Below, piece by piece: positions 31,910-36,218 of a stretch of 36,218 nt of DNA (position 1 is its first letter; every line of letters begins with the position of its first letter). This DNA comes from a virus: the IMG/VR virus record IMGVR_UViG_3300045988_068382, positions 1-36,218 of that record. One strand, written 5' to 3'. Made by a program: the position numbers and the translations under genes. The notes under the pieces were generated by a model. It did not search any database, was not told where the DNA came from, and saw nothing but the letters and a program-made list of their open reading frames with translations.

Positions 31910-32027
31910 TTTGGATTCCGCTTTCTCAGCGTCTTCCTGCGTTGTCTGTAGCTGCTTTCTCGCATCGTTACTGTCAACGACGATTTTTCCGCACAGCTTA
32001 AAAATATCCGTTTTCCCTCACCTCCTG

Positions 32028-32321
32028 TCAATAGGTCATTTCTGCCGCTCCAAATTGCATCTTCTCAAATCTGGCAATGTTGTTCCGGATAAGCACAGGG
32101 ACAGCATCCTTTCTGATGTGCATGGACTGTTCTTTTGCAGAGTTGGTTTGCAAACTGTCCAAAAATTCGTTAAATGACTTATCCCGGACTTGATGCAAGA
32201 AAAACTCCCAGCACTGCTGCTGGGAGGATTCCTTAAACATTTTGCAAACTGTGTCTGTAAATCTGCACTGCCGCAGCGCTATTGCCAGCATTTCCAATGG
32301 ATTAGCATAGCGCCGGTACAA
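32028..32321 (-). CDS. Tail assembly chaperone, -1 frame extension (gpT-like part; probably made only as a G-T fusion)
   Basis: This frame stays open upstream as far as the slippery site in the preceding gene. The listed start is a TTG with no RBS. Confidence 0.6.
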   Translation of the reverse strand: MYRRYANPLEMLAIALRQCRFTDTVCKMFKESSQQQCWEFFLHQVRDKSFNEFLDSLQTNSAKEQSMHIRKDAVPVLIRNNIARFEKMQFGAAEMTY

Positions 32322-32338
32322 TAGATCAAAAAAACCGG

Positions 32339-32764
32339 TTATTCCGTCTTCTGTCCGGAAAGCGATAACAGCTCCGTAAAAAAATCCTTAATCTCCTTAG
32401 AGGTTACAAGCTCCCGGAGCATAACAGCATAATAGCCAGGGCTGGACTTTCCGATTTCCTCTTCTGTAGTGCCAGTAAGAGATGCCAGCAACTTTCTCAG
32501 ATACGGTTCGCACTTTCTGTAGTTGCGGATAACAATTGCAACTACCTTTGCCGCCGCAATAGCGCCGATCTGCCGGAAAACGTCCTTTCCGTTGGACTTC
32601 TTACCGGTAGATTCTCCGATTCTTGCAACTGCTGCTGCAATTGCCGGGTCTTCTGTCAGTGCTGCGATTTCGTCAGAGCCAATTGCTGCCACAATGTCAA
32701 ATAATGTTCCAATATCGTCAGCTGTCAAAGCTCTTGTGAATGTAAAATCTTTCTTTACTGCCAT
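32339..32764 (-). CDS. Tail assembly chaperone (gpG-like)
   Basis: 141 aa and acidic. It lies between the major tail and tape measure genes and contains a slippery heptamer near its 3' end. Confidence 0.7.
   Translation of the reverse strand: MAVKKDFTFTRALTADDIGTLFDIVAAIGSDEIAALTEDPAIAAAVARIGESTGKKSNGKDVFRQIGAIAAAKVVAIVIRNYRKCEPYLRKLLASLTGTTEEEIGKSSPGYYAVMLRELVTSKEIKDFFTELLSLSGQKTE
32378..32384 (-). promoter_or_regulatory. Candidate -1 programmed ribosomal frameshift site U UUU UUU
   Basis: The zero frame reads GAU UUU UUU ACG (D-F-F-T, aa 127-130). The -1 frame from here reads ...FFYGAVIAFRTEDGITGFFDL and joins the 97-aa ORF without a stop, giving a fusion of about 245 aa. Confidence 0.6.
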
Positions 32765-32785
32765 TTTTGGTTCGCCTTTCCTCTC

Positions 32786-33445
32786 TTACTTTACAGCTGC
32801 TGCCTTGCTTGCGGAATTTGTGGACGCACTTTGTGCATCTGCGCTTGTCTTCGGATAATAAATCCGGATGCCCAGACCAGTCATGCGGTCATTGTCTACA
32901 TAAGGCTTGTACGCCTCAAATGTAAGCGGCAGGACGCTTGCCTCAAAACTCTTTCCGTCAACTTTTGCGCCGCTGGTGCAGATTGCCTTGTCAAAAATAA
33001 TAACAATAGGCTTACGATCTTTGAGCGTTTCGCCCACATATGCCAGGCTGTCAATCCAGTGTTCTTCTTTGATTGTTTGTCCTGTTTGACCAACCAAGTA
33101 GTCTTTTGCGCCCTGAGACTCTGCAAGTTCGGAAAATAATGCGTGATTCAGCAGCTCCGGTGTCATATCCAGTGCGTTAACTGTCAATGTGCCTGTTTCA
33201 CCGGTTTTCACAACGCCGCCATACACCTTAACGCCTACACCGTCAATCGGGACATCGTACAGCGTGCTGGTGATCTCCAGGCTGTTTCCGCCAGATGTCG
33301 CACATAGCAGAGTCTTTTCAAAGTTGAACTGTGCATTGCCGCCGGTGGTACCGGTCGTCAACATCAGTCCTTTGTGGATCGTCCCGGCACCAAGCCAGAT
33401 TCGCTCCAGCGTATTTCGTGTCATGCCATGCTGTCCTGCCTGCAT
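32786..33445 (-). CDS. Major tail protein
   Basis: 219 aa from the ATG at 33445, after GGAGTGTGGAG. It lies between the tail-completion genes and the chaperones, and the sequence is beta-rich. Confidence 0.75.
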   Translation of the reverse strand: MQAGQHGMTRNTLERIWLGAGTIHKGLMLTTGTTGGNAQFNFEKTLLCATSGGNSLEITSTLYDVPIDGVGVKVYGGVVKTGETGTLTVNALDMTPELLNHALFSELAESQGAKDYLVGQTGQTIKEEHWIDSLAYVGETLKDRKPIVIIFDKAICTSGAKVDGKSFEASVLPLTFEAYKPYVDNDRMTGLGIRIYYPKTSADAQSASTNSASKAAAVK

Positions 33446-33446
33446 A

Positions 33447-33827
33447 TTACTCCACACTCCATTCTATATATTTCAGATTGATTTGTATTTTTTTCAACCG
33501 TGCATCATCGCACGGAACCGCAGCAGTGCTGCTAAAGAACAACGCCGCTGCATACTCATCGTCGGACGTGCTGTATCCGGCAACTCTGGGAAACGCCTTG
33601 CAGATTCTCTCCCGGGCAGTTGTCAGTGCGTCCCAGCTCGTCCCAACCAGCGTGAGCAGGAACGTCCCGGACAGCATGCCACTTTCTTCTGTAACCGGGC
33701 TGCTGCTGCAATGCCCGACACAGTAGACCGGTGGCAGCTTTCCGGAAGTCTGATAGGTTTCATACTGATATGGTACTCCCGCTGTGTCCATACGGGCTTT
33801 CACCGCCGCTAGCAATTCTCGTGTCAT
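33447..33827 (-). CDS. Tail completion / tail terminator-like protein
   Basis: 126 aa from the ATG at 33827 (ATGA overlap with the upstream stop). The longer N-terminal extension in the ORF track is Arg-rich and implausible. The call rests on position. Confidence 0.55.
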   Translation of the reverse strand: MTRELLAAVKARMDTAGVPYQYETYQTSGKLPPVYCVGHCSSSPVTEESGMLSGTFLLTLVGTSWDALTTARERICKAFPRVAGYSTSDDEYAAALFFSSTAAVPCDDARLKKIQINLKYIEWSVE

Positions 33828-34306
33828 GATAGCCCTCGTTTCAGCAATGCCGCAAGGCGTTTTTCTGCCTTCGGCAGGTCCTGATCTGCGACGTGCTGCA
33901 GCGTGTGCTGTGCCGCCTTGCCGTCCGTCTTGTAGTACTGCACGCCGTTCTTGCCATATACCACAGTGACTTTTCCTTTGTACGACGGTTTTTTTGACCC
34001 GGTATATCCGGCGACCGGCACATACCACGGAGACATCCTGCCGTCTCCGTTTGCCGCATGCATGCCTGTGCCGAATTCGTTCCAGACGGCGTTTTCTAGG
34101 CTGCTGCCGACGGTTACAGAATGCCCTGCCGCATCGACAACGTAATCCCACGAGCCTTTCAGCTGACCCTCATCCACCGGAGACATCGCCGCTGCATCTG
34201 CCGCAAGCAGTGCACCCATTTCCGTGAGAAATTGCTCCGCGGCACTGTCGATTTGGTCGGCAGCTTCCAAGATGTGTGTCTCCAGAGAAACACTTTCCAG
34301 CCTCAT
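33824..34306 (-). CDS. HK97 gp10-family tail/neck component
   Basis: 160 aa. The pattern ...AAAMSPVDEGQLKGSWDYVV...VGSSLENAVWNEFGTG is typical of the HK97 gp10-like family. Confidence 0.72.
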   Translation of the reverse strand: MRLESVSLETHILEAADQIDSAAEQFLTEMGALLAADAAAMSPVDEGQLKGSWDYVVDAAGHSVTVGSSLENAVWNEFGTGMHAANGDGRMSPWYVPVAGYTGSKKPSYKGKVTVVYGKNGVQYYKTDGKAAQHTLQHVADQDLPKAEKRLAALLKRGLS

Positions 34307-34656
34307 TGTGCGACACCTCCTGTGTACCGGAGATAAATCTCCAGCTGTGATCCGCCTTCCATGCCCATAGGGTTGTCGATGTCCAGCACGTCATAGCGCT
34401 TTCCACCGCATCGCAGACGGCAGTTTTCCGACGTGATGCTCTCTGGGAACTGCACCCAGTCTGCCACGAAAATGTGCGTGGATTGCTCCGTCTTGGCGTT
34501 ATACGTTGTATAGCGGCTGTCGCTTCCGGAAAGGTCTAACCAGCCGTGAAGCGTCAGCACAGGTACTTCCTGCTCCACTGCCTCGCCGATCTCGTTGACC
34601 TGGTTCTCTACCAGCAGCAGTTCTGCAGCTGTATTTCCGCCGATCCGTCCGTACAT
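34303..34656 (-). CDS. Head closure / head-tail adaptor (SPP1 gp16-like)
   Basis: 117 aa from the ATG at 34656. The pattern ...HIFVADW...RLRCGGKRYDVLDIDNP...LEIYL fits head-tail adaptor proteins. Position supports the call. Confidence 0.7.
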   Translation of the reverse strand: MYGRIGGNTAAELLLVENQVNEIGEAVEQEVPVLTLHGWLDLSGSDSRYTTYNAKTEQSTHIFVADWVQFPESITSENCRLRCGGKRYDVLDIDNPMGMEGGSQLEIYLRYTGGVAQ

Positions 34657-34658
34657 GG

Positions 34659-35171
34659 TCAAAACCTCGCTTTCCGGTATCTGTCCAGAAATCTGACAAG
34701 CCGTGCAGGAACGCCCAGAACTCCGCTGTAAGCGTCCTCTCCGGAAAAGATCACGCTGTGCCGGCTGATGGTTTCCGATGCAATTCCAGCCCTGTCAGCG
34801 GCGTTCTGCCCTGTCTTACTAAGCTTGTACCGCAGAATATCCACGCACCCCATTACTACGTCCTCCGGATACACCACGCGGTACAGCACCGCAGAAGCGG
34901 TATCAGCCGGAGCAGGTGACAGCATGCTGTCCGGCAGCACCGTGTACAGTCGCTCGCCGATCTGCACGGTGTCCCCTGTCAGGATCCGCAGGCTCGGTGT
35001 CAGCATGACACCGCCCTGAATCGCCGTCACGTGCCGGAAGCCGCGTTCTGTAAAGGTGTTGTGCGTTTCCTGTCGGATCGCAGCTTCCAGTGCGGCAAGA
35101 TATTCCGCAAGCAGTTCGTCCGGTGCTTCGGTATCCGCAAATTTCCGGAGATGCTCCACTGTCATCAGCAT
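34659..35171 (-). CDS. Head-tail connector (gp6-like DNA-packaging / connector protein)
   Basis: 170 aa from the ATG at 35171, 8 nt after AAGGAG. The N-terminus TVEHLRKFADTEAPDELLAEYLAALEAAIRQETHNTF is typical. It lies immediately after the capsid gene. Confidence 0.72.
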   Translation of the reverse strand: MLMTVEHLRKFADTEAPDELLAEYLAALEAAIRQETHNTFTERGFRHVTAIQGGVMLTPSLRILTGDTVQIGERLYTVLPDSMLSPAPADTASAVLYRVVYPEDVVMGCVDILRYKLSKTGQNAADRAGIASETISRHSVIFSGEDAYSGVLGVPARLVRFLDRYRKARF

Positions 35172-35183
35172 GGTGTCCACTCC

Positions 35184-36146
35184 TTACTTCTTGAACTTCG
35201 CCAGTACCACCTTGGAGGTGTCAGACAGTGCTACCGCATAGAACCGGTCTGCACTGATGTCTGTCTTTCTGGACAGGGTGTCGCGTTCTGTTTCCACGTT
35301 GGTGTCACGCTTCAGGTAAATGGTCAGTGCGGCAGTGTCGTCCTCGGTTTCGTCGTCCTGATTCAGCTTGACGATGGGGCAGAAGTAGCACGCCGTAGTG
35401 GACTTTGTGACCTTGTCGCCGACCTTTGCAGCGGGCAGGGTTTTCCGGATCTCCGCGATGTTCCCCTCAGCCGCCGCCGTGCCGCTTTCGTCAAAGTAAT
35501 ACCATTCGCTGTGCAGCGGCACTTTCTTTGACGGCACCACGCGGCAGTTTGCCACCATGCCGATTTCACCGGTCAGCATCACGCCGTTCTTGTACTTGTC
35601 CGCACTGAGGAAGTCGCTGTCTTTCCGCAGCTGTGTCACCTGCTTCGGGTGGACAAAGATAACCTTGTCCGTGTTCACTTCCTCGTCCAGCACGTCAATG
35701 GCGTCCACAATGCCGGCGTACTTGATCGCCGCCGCACTGCCGTCATAGGTCAGCTGTGCCCCCTGCAACGCAGCCATGGCATCGGCATCGACCTTCGCCG
35801 CGATGGACTTTCCGATCTGGTTATTGGTCTCTGCCACCGGATTGCCGTAGCCGGACAGCACGGATTCGTCTGTCAGTTCCACCGCTTTCATCGCTTTCTT
35901 GATCTTCACGGTGGTGGTGCTGGTCTGGAGCTTTACGGTGTCTGCCTTTACGCCCTCGGCAACGTCTACCGCATCGCCGATGTAGCTGTACTGCGGCACG
36001 GTGATCGTGTCACCCGGTACGCCCTGCAGGGTGGTGTCCACCTTTGCGAACGGGGTGACAACGATCTTGCTGGTGATCTTGGCGGAGATCATATCCGCCA
36101 TGACCTGCGGGTTTACAAGGTCCTGAATGGTTGTTGTTTCTGCCAT
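35184..36146 (-). CDS. Major capsid protein (HK97 fold)
   Basis: 320 aa. The N-terminus IQDLVNPQVMADMISAKI...PFAKVDTTLQGVPGDTITVPQYSYIGDA resembles the N4-gp56/HK97-like capsid family. It follows the scaffold gene across the junction and has an AAAGGAG RBS. Confidence 0.9.
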   Translation of the reverse strand: MAETTTIQDLVNPQVMADMISAKITSKIVVTPFAKVDTTLQGVPGDTITVPQYSYIGDAVDVAEGVKADTVKLQTSTTTVKIKKAMKAVELTDESVLSGYGNPVAETNNQIGKSIAAKVDADAMAALQGAQLTYDGSAAAIKYAGIVDAIDVLDEEVNTDKVIFVHPKQVTQLRKDSDFLSADKYKNGVMLTGEIGMVANCRVVPSKKVPLHSEWYYFDESGTAAAEGNIAEIRKTLPAAKVGDKVTKSTTACYFCPIVKLNQDDETEDDTAALTIYLKRDTNVETERDTLSRKTDISADRFYAVALSDTSKVVLAKFKK

Positions 36147-36218
36147 AGTTATTCTCCTTTTCTACCGGTCAGGGTGTCGTATGTGTCTTTGTCGGTCTTG
36201 TACAAGTCCAGCCGCTGG
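36100..36218. repeat. Terminal direct repeat, copy 2 (identical to 1-119)
   Basis: See the feature at 1-119. Confidence 0.95.

Overview
The window is a complete, circularly closed temperate siphovirus-type phage or prophage genome. Bases 1-119 are identical to 36100-36218, so the unique length is about 36.1 kb, and the major capsid gene runs across the junction. The RBS and promoter style (AAGGAGG sites, TRTGnTATAAT extended -10 elements), the absence of spanins, and a holin plus amidase lysis pair point to a Gram-positive (Firmicutes/Clostridia-like) host with fairly high GC.

Gene order on the minus strand:
- Early small ORFs (17412 down to 15651).
- Replication and recombination module: SMC-like ATPase, HNH insertion, AAA_24/Sak4-like ATPase, DUF669, DEAH helicase, AEP primase-helicase, RusA.
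- Late regulator, then terS, terL, portal, MuF fusion and scaffold. The order continues across the junction with the capsid gene.
- Connectors, major tail, G/T chaperones with a -1 slippery site, tape measure, Dit, and a 990-aa Tal/fibre.
- Holin and amidase.

The plus strand carries the lysogeny and accessory genes:
- A zinc-ribbon/TM-anchored Ltp-like superinfection-exclusion candidate and a lipoprotein.
- A DUF2513 gene frameshifted at an A7 run.
- An XRE repressor, an ImmA/IrrE protease and a large serine integrase.
- An AT-rich island with an Abi_2 (AbiD/F, HEPN) abortive-infection gene.

Most worth a second look:
1. A MuF head protein fused to an AT-rich HELGH zincin domain, followed by a small ORF (a polymorphic-toxin / polyvalent-protein-like cassette).
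2. A promoter followed by an intrinsic terminator, then terS, directly downstream of the late regulator. This resembles lambda PR'/tR'. Further terminator-like hairpins lie inside the head operon.
3. An orphan near-consensus promoter plus terminator unit beside the Abi gene, which may produce an RNA of about 65 nt.
4. A mirror-image genetic switch that is physically separated from the early operon by a moron block on the opposite strand, flanked by factor-independent terminators.
5. An iteron/palindrome cluster next to the primase gene, a candidate origin.

All family calls rest on motif recognition by eye. No searches were run.
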